In this document: positions 1 to 12,604 of the stretch, one piece after another
Layout: every line of letters starts with the position of its first letter
How positions within the stretch are numbered: position 1 is the stretch's first letter
Source: Eledone cirrhosa
Taxonomy: Eukaryota
Assembly (NCBI GenBank): GCA_964016885.1
Contig: OZ024745.1
Span: 132,308,001-132,372,000, forward strand
Length of the DNA stretch: 64,000 bases
Direction of reading: 5' to 3'
Translations under genes and position numbers: made by a program
Notes under the pieces: model-generated
What the model was told of the DNA's origin: nothing
Databases searched by the model: none
The model's input: only the letters and a program-made list of their open reading frames with translations

Positions 1-264
1 TACCTTTTCACTTCCATTTAGTTTTTACCACCCGTTTTCAATGTGAATCTCGACCCCTTTCATAACTTGTCTCCTGCAGCAAATAAAAGGGACTGTTATT
101 ACTTTGTCACAATCAGGGTCGAGTTTCTTTCTATCCTTCCGTGTTTGATAAAATAAGGGCTGCGTTGACAATATCCAATATATTCCTCACCCTCATTTCT
201 GGCGTTGTGTTCATTTTAGAAATAAGTATTTTCAGCTTGAAGGGCGGCAGATTTACAGTAATAG

Positions 265-585
265 GTGGAGCATCGGACAACATGCTTTGCGGCACAGAGT
301 AACACCCCTTTACGTTCAGAGTTGCAACCCCGCCGAGGTTAGCTTTGCCTTTCATCCTTGCGGGGTCGATAAAATAAAGTACCAGTCACGCACAGGGGTC
401 GATAAAATAACTACCAGTCACGCACTGGGGTCGATAAAATAAGTACTAGTCACGCACTGCGGTCGATAAAATAAGTACCAGTCACGCACTGCGGTCGATA
501 AAATAAGTACCAGCCACGCAATGGGGTCGATTTTTTCGACTTTCCCCCAAATTGCTGGCCTTTTACCTATATCTGAAACCATTAT
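265..585 (+). mobile_element. tRNA-derived SINE (family A) with an internally amplified 32-bp segment
   Basis: Carries the family core GCCTTTCATCCTT.CGGGGTCGATAAAATAAAGTACCAGT seen more than 12 times in the window, a B-box-like head and a 3' GCTGGCCTT..CCTA....GAAAC.ATT end. The unit GGGGTCGATAAAATAAGTACCAGTCACGCACT is repeated 5 times. Confidence 0.85.
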
Positions 586-744
586 ATCACCAGATCAATA
601 TCATTCTATTGACGTGAGAGTTAATTTCTAGTCAGATTTTAACAATCAAAATACTTCAGTTTCATATCTGATACATTTTTACTGAGATATTTTCATATTT
701 CCAATAATACCTTTTTTTTTTCATCATAAAACCAACATGGACGT

Positions 745-793
745 TTGTGTGTGTGTGTGTGCATGTATGTATACACACAAACACGCACACATA

Positions 794-830
<37 letters not shown>

Positions 831-913
831 GCATACACACACACATATATATATGTGTGTGTGTATGTGTGTGTGTGTGTGCTTGTATGTATACACACAA
901 ACACGCACACATA

Positions 914-944
<31 letters not shown>

Positions 945-1162
945 TCGCATACACACACATATATATATATGTGTGTGCTTGTATGTATGTATACACACAA
1001 ACACGCACACATATGTATATATATACATATATATCTATTAACACCCACGCAATTACATGTGTGTGTGTGTGTATGTGTCTGTGTGTGTGCGCATGTATGT
1101 ATGTATACACACAAACACGCACACATATATATATATATATTAACACACACACATACATATGT

Positions 1163-1202
<40 letters not shown>

Positions 1203-1318
1203 ATGTATGTATGTATACACACAAACACGCACACATATGTATATATATATATATATTAATACACACACATACATACATATGTGTGTGTGTTTGTATGTGT
1301 GTGTGTGTGTGTGTTTGT
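745..1318. repeat. Compound (GT)n/(TA)n/(CA)n microsatellite with a higher-order unit of about 100-120 bp
   Basis: The anchor TATACACACAAACACGCACACATA recurs five times (about 770, 890, 990, 1105, 1215), separated by variable-length dinucleotide runs. Confidence 0.9.
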
Positions 1319-1589
1319 GGGAGGGTACGGAGTCCCACAAACACACTCATGTATGTATATATGGTGGCGGCAGACGAAACGACACAAAAAATAGTAGACA
1401 GATACATAAATGATAAAAAAAATGGAAAGAAATTGACAGACCGTGGATGTAAAGAAGGAGGAACTTCTACAGACGACATGATGCCAGAAGGTACAAAAGA
1501 GATAAAGAAAATGAGTAGAATAAAGTGTGTAAAATTGTGGAAATATAGCAGCCGACATATGTTACAATATGTCAACGTTTAACACTACC

Positions 1590-2425
1590 ATTGTACATAT
1601 TGTATGAATGTGTGTAGATATTGTACATATTGCATGAATGTGTATAGACATATATGTGTAGATATTGTACATATTGCATGAATGTGTATAGACATATATG
1701 TGTAGATATTGTACATATTACATGAATGTGTATAGACATATATGTGTAGATATTGTACATATTGCATGAATGTGTATAGACATATATGTGTAGATATTGT
1801 ACATATTACATGAATGTGTGTAGATATTGTACATGTTGCATGAATGTGTGTAGACATATATGTGTAGATATTGTACACATTGTATGAATGTGTGTAGACA
1901 TGTATGTGTATATATTGTACATATTGCATGAATGTGTGTAGACATATGTGTAGATATTGTACATATTGTATGAATGTGTGTAGACATATATGTGTAGATA
2001 TTGTACATATTGCATGAATGTGTGTAGACATATATGTGTAGATATTGTACATATTGTATGAATGTGTGTAGACATATATGTGTAGATATTGTACATATTG
2101 TATGAATGTGTGTAGACATATGTGTAGATATTATACATATTGTATGAATGTGTGTAGACATATGTGTAGATATTGTACATATTGTATGAATGTGTGTAGA
2201 CATATATGTGTAGATATTGTACATATTGCATGAATGTGTGTAGACATATATGTGTAGATATTGTACATATTGTATGAATGTGTGTAGACATATATGTGTA
2301 GATATTGTACATATTGTATGAATGTGTGTAGACATATGTGTAGATATTGTACATATTGTATGAATGTGTGTAGACATATGTGTAGATAGTGTACATATTG
2401 TATGAATGTGTGTAGACATATGTTG
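1590..2425. repeat. Minisatellite, 42-44 bp unit, about 20 copies
   Basis: Tandem GATATTGTACATATTG(C/T)ATGAATGTGT(A/G)TAGACATAT(AT)GTGTA. Confidence 0.95.
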
Positions 2426-2639
2426 TATATGTTAGAATCAAAGTTTATAGCATCTTAAGTGTTACGTGTAGAAAGTTTATTCAATATTTTTTCTTTTTTT
2501 TCTACCTTCCTATTTTTCAAATCATTTCTGTCTGATTTAACTTCTGATAAATATCAAACATATTAATTAAACATATCCTAAAAACAAACTTAAAGCAAAG
2601 CTAAAAAAGAAAACCGATGATTCAGATATTCTTTAAGAA

Positions 2640-3250
<611 letters not shown>

Positions 3251-3483
3251 AACTATAGTAAAATAATGAAGAATAAGATGGTCGGCAGTACAAAAAGGGT
3301 TCATTTACAGTATTAACAATTCTTTCATTAATCAGGTGAATCTAAAAGCCGCTGATCACTAGAAATTACGTCACTCGGCCCTAATTACAGTTTTCGTCTG
3401 ATGAAATCATCGGAATACTGATGTGTGGATAAGACAGGGCACTGGTATTGATAGATACATGGGAGTATAACATAAATGAAAAC

Positions 3484-3629
3484 AATAATAATAATTGTTT
3501 CTACTTTTGGCAAAAGGCCAGCAAATACCAGTACATTACTGGTACTTTATTTTATCGACCCCGTAAGGATGGGAAGGCAAAGTTAACCTCGGCGGGATTT
3601 GAACTCAGAATGGCAAGGGCCGTAACTCT

Positions 3630-3630
<1 letters not shown>
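3484..3630 (-). mobile_element. SINE family A copy, 5'-truncated
   Basis: Reverse complement of the family core (ACTGGTACTTTATTTTATCGACCCCGTAAGGATG) with an (ATT)n tail. Confidence 0.85.
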
Positions 3631-3673
<43 letters not shown>

Positions 3674-4174
3674 GGGAAGAAGACGCACGAGATGGTAGGT
3701 CATGAAATCGCTCCCGTAAGTTTTGAATTTTTAACATATTTAAATCATTTGTGAAATAACAACTCTTAGTACAAATGCTACGTAAAGCATCCGGCTTGAG
3801 CCCCCAAAAAATTCGGACCCAAAATATATTGTTATAAGGCTCAAATATTCAAATATTCAACTTTGTATTGTACATTGTATATTCAAAAAAGAAAATGGCT
3901 ATAAATGGAAGAAGAAGAACCCCCCTCCTCTGTCTACACTATATAGAACAGCCAAACAACACCAATCCCACCAACACCAGAAACTAGATACACCGCCTAC
4001 CTCATCACCTCTCTGTGTACACTAAACACAACAGCCAGATAACGGCAATTTCACCACCACCACAACCAATCTCAACATAATAATGATAATAATAAATACT
4101 ATTATTATCGTCCCAAGTTTTAACAAAATGTTTAACCCCATAGATTCACCGAACGGACATCAGTAACGACAACG

Positions 4175-4435
4175 CCGCCCATCCATCATTACTACCACTA
4201 TCCCATCACCGCCGCCACCACTCCTTCATTGCTACCACCATCACTACAGTAATACGACCACATCACCACCACCACTGCCATCATTACTACCACTATCCTA
4301 TCACCGCCGCCACCACTCCTTCATTGCTACCACCGCTACAACACCATCACTACAGTAATACGATCACATCACCACCACCACTGCCTCAGTATCGACATCA
4401 CCTCCACCACTATCTCAGTATCGCTACCGCCGCTA
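4175..4435. repeat. (ACC)/(ATC)-rich low-complexity tract with a roughly 100-bp internal duplication
   Basis: CCATCATTACTACCACTATCC.ATCACCGCCGCCACCACTCCTTCATTGCTACCACC...ATCACTACAGTAATACGA.CACATCACCACCACCACTGC occurs twice. Confidence 0.8.
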
Positions 4436-4808
4436 TTCTCTCCCATTGCTTCCTGCTAGTTGCTGCCACCACATTATAGAATTCCTACTAAAAAAGAGGA
4501 AGGCATCAAAATATATAGATAGACCCAAAAGAAAAAAGAAAAAACAAACATCCAAACCAAAGCAGCACAGCAACAACAGCAAAAAAAAAAAGAGAAAAAC
4601 AAACAGAGAAAAACAAAAACAAAAAAAAAACGTAAAGGAAATAAGAATGAAGAGAGAAACAAGCGGACGGACAGAGAAGAGAAGGGAAAAACTAAGTCAG
4701 ACATTCGAACACTACATTACAATGAAACTTATGCTTATTCATTTTGGGGTTTTTTTCTGCCTGTGTGTTTGTTTGTTTATTTGTGTTCGTCTACAGCGTG
4801 GTGATAAT

Positions 4809-7800
4809 GCCCCACAAGAGCCAAGTGGAGCGGCGCAACCACCGGAGACGGTGAATCCACAGATGGTTATGTAACCATACATTTGCCAATCCTCGATAAG
4901 AGTGTTTAAATATCAAACCTAAACAGTTCGAATAACGGTGAAATGGAGACTAGAACGTCATGTGACAGACTCTCACCCAACAGGTGCTCCCTGGCTCAGC
5001 AGCAGGAACCTGGCTGTCAACCAAATACTGCTGGTGTCGGAGGAAGAAGAAGAAGGAAAGGGACCAGAACCAACTGGACGAAAGAATTGAATAGAACTGT
5101 TATGCAATGTTACCTGAAAAGTAACCCCAAGGAGAGGGGCTATAGGAGACGGATGCATAACATCTGGAACGAGATTGGTCTATTTAAATTAGATGAACAA
5201 AAATTGGCCGGGCAGGCTCGGGTAATAAGAACTAATGGGCGGATAAGCGAGCTGGACCTGGAGGAACTGAGCAGAGAGATTAGCTTGGAGATGGAGGGTG
5301 GAGTATGCCAGGCAAACGAGCCAGTGGGAAATGAAGGTGAAGAGGTCGAGAGAACGGAGGAACGACCCGAAGCAGACAATGATCTGAATACTGAGATAAA
5401 TAATACTTGGAACAGAGATACGGCCACTGAGGAGATGAATGCTGACGGGCTAGGACAAGATTCGGTTGACATCCTAAATTTAGTGGTAGATGAATTGAAC
5501 AATGATAATGGGAGACCTATGAACCTAAGATTTGTAGACAGGAAAAAGTTAAAAGAAACAATAGCTAAGGTAAACAAAGTCATCCCATACCTTGAGGCGA
5601 GGAGCCTTCACCAGTGCAACAATATCCTCAAAGCAACAGCAAATACAGTGAGGAAACTACTTGGTATAAAAGCGAGAGGAAACAACAGACAAGAAAGAGC
5701 AGAGCCTTGGTGGAAGAAACGACTGAGTGGTCAAATCAGGGAAATGAGAAATGACATTGGAAAGCTTGAGTCACTACTGAATGGGACACTAAAAAACTTA
5801 GGCACTAAAAATAGACTGGAAATAAAGTACAAAACTAGGAGGAAAAAGCTAAATATTATCATAGAGGAACTGAAGCAACGCATTGTAGCAAAGAGTGCAA
5901 AAATCAGGCGATACGAGAACAGAGTCAGTCAGTATAAACAGAACTGCATGTTCGACAACAACCGGAAGATGCTGTTTGGACAGCTTGAGGGGAAAGAAAG
6001 AGGCAACGACTTGATCCCTGAGGCGGAACAAACTAAAACATTCTGGAGAGGAATATGGGAGCAGGATGTTAGACATAATGACCAGGCAGGGTGGATTGAG
6101 ACAGTACAGAGGGAGATCGGTGAGCAGACACACCAACAAACTGATTTGAGTATCACAGTTGAAACTCTTAAGGGGCAGGCCAAAAAACTAACCAACTGGA
6201 AATCACCAGGCCCAGATGGTGTGCAGGGATATTGGATTAAAATTTAACATCCCTCCACCCGAAACTGACAACAATGTTCAATGACTGCTTGATGTCAGGT
6301 GAGGTACCAGAGTGGTTGACAAAAGGTACCACAGTTCTGATAATGAAAGACCGAATCAAGGGTAATGATGTTACCAACTATAGACCTATCACATGTCTGT
6401 CCGTAATGTGGAAACTGTTGACGAGCATTGTGTCTGAGGAGATCTACCATCACCTCCACACAAACAACTTGTTACCGGACGAACAGAAAGTATGCCGAAA
6501 GAAGTCACGTGGTACAAAGGACCAGTTACTTATTGATAAGATGGTAATGGCGAATTGCAGGAGGAGACACACTGATCTTGCCATGGGATGGATAGACTAC
6601 AGAAAGGTATTTGACATGGTGCCTCATTCTTGGATCACCAAAAGCCTGGAGATCTTCAAGGTGGCAGATAACATCAGACAGTTGCTGGGCGGGAGTATGA
6701 GGTCCTGGGAAACAGAGTTGACATCAACTGGAGAATCCTTGGGAAGCGTGAAGATCAAGAGAGGTATCTTACAGGGATATAGCCTGTCCCCTCTGTTGTT
6801 TGTCCATGCCCTGATGCCCCTGACCATTATGCTGCGAAAAGTGAGAGCAGGATACAAGTTGGGAAAGGGAGAGCTTACCATCAATCACCTCCTCTTCATG
6901 GACGATCTTAAGCTCTTCGGGAAGAGTGAGAAGGAGTTGGATGTGCTTGTTAACACTTTCCGTATTTTCAGCAGTGATATATGTATGCAGTTTGGTATTA
7001 GTAAGTGTGGAGTCATTGTGATGAGGAGGGGTAGGTTGAGCAGAAGTAACGGAATCCAGATACCAACAGGTGAGATGATAAAGGAAATTGACTCTGAGGA
7101 AGGATACAAGTATTTGGGCGTTCTGGAGGCTGATGGCATAAAGAACAAAAAAATGAAGGAATTGTTAAGAACTGAATACATTCGGAGAGTAAGGAGCGTA
7201 TTGAAGTCACATCTGAACAGCAGAAATGCCATAAGCGCAGTAAATTCCCGAGCTGTGTCTATTATTAGGTACAGTGCGGGAATTCTGAGATGGAATGTTG
7301 CTGAACAAAAAGAAATGGATAGGAAGACTAGGAAGCTATTGACTATCTACAACATGTTCCACAAGAGGAGTGATGTCGATAGACTCTACCTCAGGAGATC
7401 TGAGGGTGGAAGAGGTCTTATCAGCATAGAGGACTGTGTTCAGATGGAGAAAAACAACCCACACAAATACGTGACTGATAGTAAGGAGCCAATGCTCAGA
7501 ACTGTACTGAAGGAGGGGACAATAGGCCAGGGGATGTCCAAGGAGGAAATAACATCAAGGAGAAAGAGCAGCCTTCAGGGAAAATCCCTTCATAATACCT
7601 TCTTTGAGAAAACTGAATTTAGAGATCCACAGACATGGAACTGGTTGAGAAGAGGAGACCTCAAAAAGGCTACAGAAGGAATGTTAATGGCTGCGCAGGA
7701 GCAGGCCCTCAAAACGAAGTGGTTGAAACACCATATTTACAAGGAGGAGGCTAGCCCACTGTGCAGGATCTGTGGAGAGAGAGAGGAGACTGTGGCTCAC

Positions 7801-8408
7801 ATTGTATCCGAGTGTAAACACCTAGCCCAGACCCTCTATAAGGGCTGGAGACATGATGTGATGGGCAGGGTGATCCACTGGCACCTGTGCAAAGTAAACA
7901 ATTTACCACATTCTGAGAAATGGTATGAGCATAAGCCAGAGGCGGTGATGGAGAACGATCAGGTGAAGGTGCTGTGGGATTTTAGGATACAGACGGACAA
8001 GAAACTGGAACACAATAGACCTGACCTGGTGGTTGTGGACAAAGAAAAAATAACGTGTCTGATTGTGGATGTGGCCTGCCCATTCGACACGAGAGTGCAA
8101 GAAAAGGAGAGGGAGAAAATTAACCGATACCAGGACTTAAAGTGGGAGGTAAAAAGGATTTGGAACTGCCATGAAGTCAAAGTGATCCCGATTGTCATAG
8201 GCGCACTGGGGACTATCTCCAAAAGTTTCCAGGGATGGTTAAAGAAAATCGGCCCCTTCACGCTTTTTGGAACGCTTCAAAAGGCATGCTTGCTTGGAAC
8301 AGCAAGAACCCTCCGATACGTCATGAATATCTGAGGCTGCAGGTAGTGGCTTGATATTCATTCCAACGGACTTTCCAGTTAACTAACATCAATGACTGAG
8401 ATTCAAGG
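4809..8408 (+). mobile_element. Near-full-length R4/Dong-clade non-LTR retrotransposon (RLE type), (AAT)n-associated
   Basis: Long ORF (broken once) with RT, CCHC finger and RLE. The short 3' UTR ends at 8408, directly followed by about 24 AAT units. The 5' boundary is inferred from a residual ATAAT at 4804-4808. Confidence 0.9.
4943..8334 (+). pseudogene. R4/Dong polyprotein (RT + zinc knuckle + restriction-like endonuclease), broken by a 1-bp deletion near 6240
   Basis: Motifs: PWWKKRL, NWKSPGPDGVQGYWIK, NYRPITCL, WIDYRKVFDMVPHSW, GILQGYSLSPLLF, HLLFMDDLKLF, YKYLGV, RLYLRRSEGGRGL, CRICGEREETVAHIVSEC, RHD, RPDLVV, DVACP, EKINRY. ORFs 4943-6247 and 6274-8334 join if one A is added to the A4 run (WIKNLTSLH). 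Confidence 0.92.
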
Positions 8409-8420
8409 AATAATAATAAC

Positions 8421-8480
<60 letters not shown>
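8409..8480. repeat. (AAT)n microsatellite shared as tail by two tail-to-tail retrotransposons
   Basis: Near-pure AAT run between the R4/Dong 3' end and the Tx1-like 3' end. Confidence 0.95.
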
Positions 8481-10034
8481 TTATTTATTGGCCACAAGGG
8501 CTGACATCAAGAAAAACATTACAGACGGTACAGGACGGTACAAGACGGTACGATGTGGGTTTTGATCGTGTAAAGATTTTTATTATTTATATAAGAAAAG
8601 AAAAAGAAAAAGACATAGAAGCATATATATATATATATAAACAATAAAAATGAAAATTGAATCAATGAAAAATTCCCCAATAGGGCGGAAACCTCCAAGG
8701 GTTACTCGTGGCGAAAACCACACAAAAGGCCACGGCCAACCTGACCACCAGGGCAAGCGCCCTCTCTCAATTTTTCCATTTCTCAAACTACAGACGTATA
8801 TTCAGAGTGGTCCCGTTCACTCGGACCATTCTCGCTACATTCACCCACCTTTCAACAAACTTGCTAGAAAGCAGCACTTGCCTCTCCACCCTGATTTTCC
8901 TCTTCAAGGGAAACTTGAAAAAGTTAATTATGGATTCGCCGAAGAAGAAAGTGTCTGTCTTTAACCCTTTCAACCTTGTCCACCACACAATCTCTTTCGC
9001 CATGGCCACCAGACAGATGAAAACCACTTGCCCTTCCTCATCGAAAGAAGACGGCGAGACCATCTGCACAATGGACTCAGTCGATAACCGGATTAGTCGT
9101 ACACGCGACAGCAACTGTTCGACATAGCTCCACAAGTCAGCAATACTCGGGCACTGAACGAGTGCGTGCACGACGGTTTCGTCGCTCTGCGCGCATCTCG
9201 GACAGGCTCGGCTGACGGCACTTCCGTGCCTGTAGAGGTTATCTCGAACTGGCAGCGCTCCCCGGTAGCACTGCCAGGCCAGGTATTTTTGGAAGTTATC
9301 CACAGGCTCTGGGCTGAAAGTTCTCCGGAAGAGAGCAAACAGCTGATCTTCTTCGACGCCCAGGATCTCTCCGAGAACGTCGTCGCTCTTTCCCTCTACT
9401 AGTCCTCTATAGAACGCCGAGGTGGATGTTCCACCGATACTGGTGCCCAGCTGGCAGAGGGAAGTGAGCGCCTGGAGACATTCCAGTTTCCAAGCGCTAT
9501 CCCTCGGTCTGTTTTTGACCCAGGATTGCAGCTACGTAAAGGAGACGAGCTGTGGGAAAACGTGCCTGGCGAACGGCGACCAGACCTGTGCACCGTCAAG
9601 GAAGCACCAGAGATGTCGCAGCCTCAGTGCATGTTTGCGCATCATTAGCCCTGACATGCCCAGTCCTCCACGCAACGGGTGTTGACAGCAGATGGATCGT
9701 CTGACCATGGGAGCGCGTCCCTTCCACAAAAAGCGGAAGAGGAGGCGCTCCATTTTGGTGAGAGTTGGGCCGGGGCAAGGGACGACGGTGAGGCGATAGC
9801 AGATGACGGATGCGATGTACGCATTCGCCACCTCCGCCCGGCCTTTCAGGGACAGCTTCCTTTCGGCCCATTTCTGGGTGAGGGTGGCCACCTTGCTCGT
9901 CACCTCGTTCCAGTTTTTCTCCATCTGGAGGTCCGGTTCGAACCAGATCCCGAGCAATTTAACCGGTCCGTCCGGCCAACGCCCCACGACGTTGTCGGAC
10001 GGCATGGACTTTCCTCTCCAGATCTCTTGTAGAT
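8481..10034 (-). mobile_element. 5'-truncated Tx1/L1-clade LINE (ORF2 C-terminal half, frameshifted)
   Basis: Minus ORFs 9532-10005 (VKLLGIWF, WAERKLSLKGRAEVAN, FRFLWKG, GGLGM) and 8788-9303 (zf-RVT-like CPRCAQSDETVVHALVQC). The 3' UTR ends CCTTGTGGCCAATAAATAA then (ATT)n. Confidence 0.88.
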
Positions 10035-10481
10035 TGGTGAGTTGACACTGGACTAATAATGTGGGTTGAGTTCATGAATTGGCGAAATAAAAAGTGATAA
10101 AAAATAATAAAAGATTAACATAAAACGTAAAAAGATAAAGAATAGGAGATAAAAATAAAGAATAAGGATTCGAAAACAAAACATAATAGATAAGAATAAA
10201 AATCAGAAAACAGTAAATAGATAAATAAAGAATAAAATGTAAAAGGGACAATGATGACATATGGGTGATTAAGGTTGGGGGAGTTTGTTTTATTTTAATT
10301 GAGGTGATGTGTCTATAACAAGGTTGAGGGCTTCCCGAGGGTGATTTAATGTCCGGTTGGTCAACTGACAGCTAATAACAGTGAGGAGGTTTAAAGTTGT
10401 TCCGTTGGTGTCGGTCTAGTAGACATTCTAACTCGGGTGGTTTTGACTGGATACTGAGATCGCTGGATCGAATCATGCTGG

Positions 10482-10680
10482 TCACGGTTTGAAGTTGGAG
10501 AATTTAGTGGCTGCTTTGTGCTTACAGAAGAATGTTCACTCTATCTTGCTATTGAGCAGCATTTTGATATATTATAGAATATGGAGTAGTTCCATATTAC
10601 AGCGTCTACAGTGGGACATTCCATTTCTGTAGGCACTTGCATTTGATAACTTCGACCAGCTAATCTCATATTCCTGATAT
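10482..10680 (-). pseudogene. Penelope-like element, GIY-YIG endonuclease C-terminal remnant
   Basis: Minus translation EYEISWSKLSNASAYRNGMSHCRRCNMELLHIL*..KMLLNSKIE*TFFCKHKAATKFSNFKP* fits the PLE C-terminal pattern W.IL...Y.....C.LC..E...I....LLN.R.E....C.H (recognised by eye). Confidence 0.7.
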
Positions 10681-10694
10681 ATATATATATCCGT

Positions 10695-10905
10695 AAGTTC
10701 GGAGGCACTCGGTCGGTTATGACGATGAGTGTTCCAGTTGATCCAATTAACGGAACAGCCTGCTCGTGAAATTAAGGTGCAAGTTGTTGAGCAGTCCACT
10801 GACACGTGTACCCCTACCATGGTTCTCAGGGAGAATCAGATGGCACCGAATATGACACGGCTGACCGTTTGACTTACAGGCACAACTTATTTTTTCCAGC
10901 TGAGT
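10695..10905 (-). mobile_element. SINE family B, 3' part
   Basis: Reverse-complement homology to the body of the SINE at 32545-32845 (AACGGAACAGCCTGCTC.TGA.ATTAA, GTTCTCAGGGAGA.TCAG, CCAGCTGAGT). Confidence 0.75.
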
Positions 10906-10909
10906 AAGG

Positions 10910-11735
10910 GAGGTAAAGACTGCAGTCAGATGTTGTTGCTGCTGTAAGATGTTGTTGATCGAAGTGTCTGTTACTGAGCGTTTGTCACCAAACAGGTTGC
11001 CATAATGTTCAGTCCAGCTGTTCAGGATGGTCTTTTTGTCTGTGAGTAGTGCTAACCCATCTGCTAAACGGAGAGTGGCTTGTCGTTGGTGAATTAGGCC
11101 ATAAAATTCCCTAAGTGCGTCAAAGTAATATCTGGATTTGCCAGTATCCGCATAGTGCTGTTTTCTCACGCCCTCTTCTGTCCACCAGTATTTCTGGATC
11201 TTCCTGAGCTTTCTCTGTAGTATACGGTAGGTTTTCCTGTATGTTGACATGGCTGTCTGGCTGGATTTGACAGCACGTATTTTGGCGTGAAGAGCGTCTT
11301 CATTCTCGTCAAACCGGTCTTTGTTCTTACTTGTAGAGAAGCCCACCACTTTTGATGATGTGTCCTGTAATGTCCTCTTCAGGTCTTGTTGTAACATCCT
11401 CTTCAGGTACGGAGTCGGGAGCAACAATGATGTTGAGCTTTGCTCACTGCTTTTCCTGAAATGTTCCCTTCACCAAAGGGAACGATCAACATTGATTTTC
11501 TTGAATTGTTGGGCTCTCTTCTTCATTGTGGGCTTGATTATCAATCTGAGAGTTGATCGTATGAGCCGATGGTCAGTGTAGCAGTCAACACTCGGTATAA
11601 CTCTGGTATTCAGCAGACCTTTCGTATCTCTCTGAATCCAGTAGTTGTCAATCCTTGGAGTATGGGTGCCTCTAAATATTTTTGAAACTGTTTTTTTTTT
11701 GCTTGAAATGGGTGTTGGTGATTGCACCAGGGAGT
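10910..11735 (-). pseudogene. RTE/BovB-like LINE fragment (end of APE domain and linker), degenerate
   Basis: Minus ORFs contain DCYTDHRLIRSTLRL, KNKDRFDENE, QHYADTG, FDALREFYG and LRLADGLALLTDKKTILNSWTEHYGNLF, typical of RTE-clade ORFs. Confidence 0.8.
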
Positions 11736-12131
11736 GCTCAGTGCATACAATGAGTAAGTAATTACCGATCCTAAAATCGACAAAGGTATAGTGAAATCCA
11801 ATACAATATTCAGCACCCCCATCGGAGCTAAAAATAAAGAAATAAACATATTAATTCAAAAACCTATTTACATATCACTGACGATAAGACCGTACATTAA
11901 AGTGGAAAGTTCTATTAATATGGTCATGAAACAGGTGCATATATCGAATATTAGTTAACATTTCGATAAAGATCGCGTTTAGAGAAAATTTAGTGTAATC
12001 TCACCAAATTTAGTGTAATTACACTGTATGTATATATATATGCATACATATGTACATATGCATATATATGTATATACATACATATATATACATACATAAA
12101 TATGTATATATGCATATACATGTATGTATAT

Positions 12132-12182
<51 letters not shown>

Positions 12183-12238
12183 TATATATATATTTATATA
12201 TTATTTATACTGTATGTGTATATATATATATGAGTATG

Positions 12239-12291
<53 letters not shown>

Positions 12292-12604
12292 TTACAGTTA
12301 CTCTTTTCATATTATGAAAGTATATTCATTTATTTATGTATGATACACTAACATAAGTCAGGCTATGAATGTTTTAATGCAATCATACGACAGCTATCTC
12401 AGGGGCCGTGTGAAAACGCCAAGTGTTAGCGTTTCATGACCTTTATTTATCATCGGTGAAGTTTACTCTCTCCATATTGAGACTAGAATAGGTTATAGAT
12501 TACAAATATTTTGTGGTTAAACCATCTGCTGAACATGCTCATTTGCATATAGTGCGACGTTGACTAGCTAGAATTAATTAACATTAATATTAGTACTAAT
12601 GATG

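Noticed and set aside
1590-2425. Regular arrays that superficially resemble CRISPR (also 363-530 and 52060-52580)
   Set aside because: Units are contiguous with no unique spacers, there are no cas genes, and the context is eukaryotic.
4446-4874. 142-aa Lys-rich ORF upstream of the R4 element as a possible ORF1
   Set aside because: It derives from A-rich low-complexity sequence, and R4-clade elements have a single ORF.
4809-4900. HDV-like ribozyme at the R4 5' end
   Set aside because: The candidate P1 strands are only 9 nt apart, too close to hold P2, P3 and L3. Kept only as an unspecified structured leader.
6236-6247. Programmed -1 frameshift (AAATTTA heptamer) between the two R4 ORFs
   Set aside because: The heptamer is out of phase with the upstream frame and the break falls inside a conserved RT-proximal motif. 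A 1-bp deletion is simpler.
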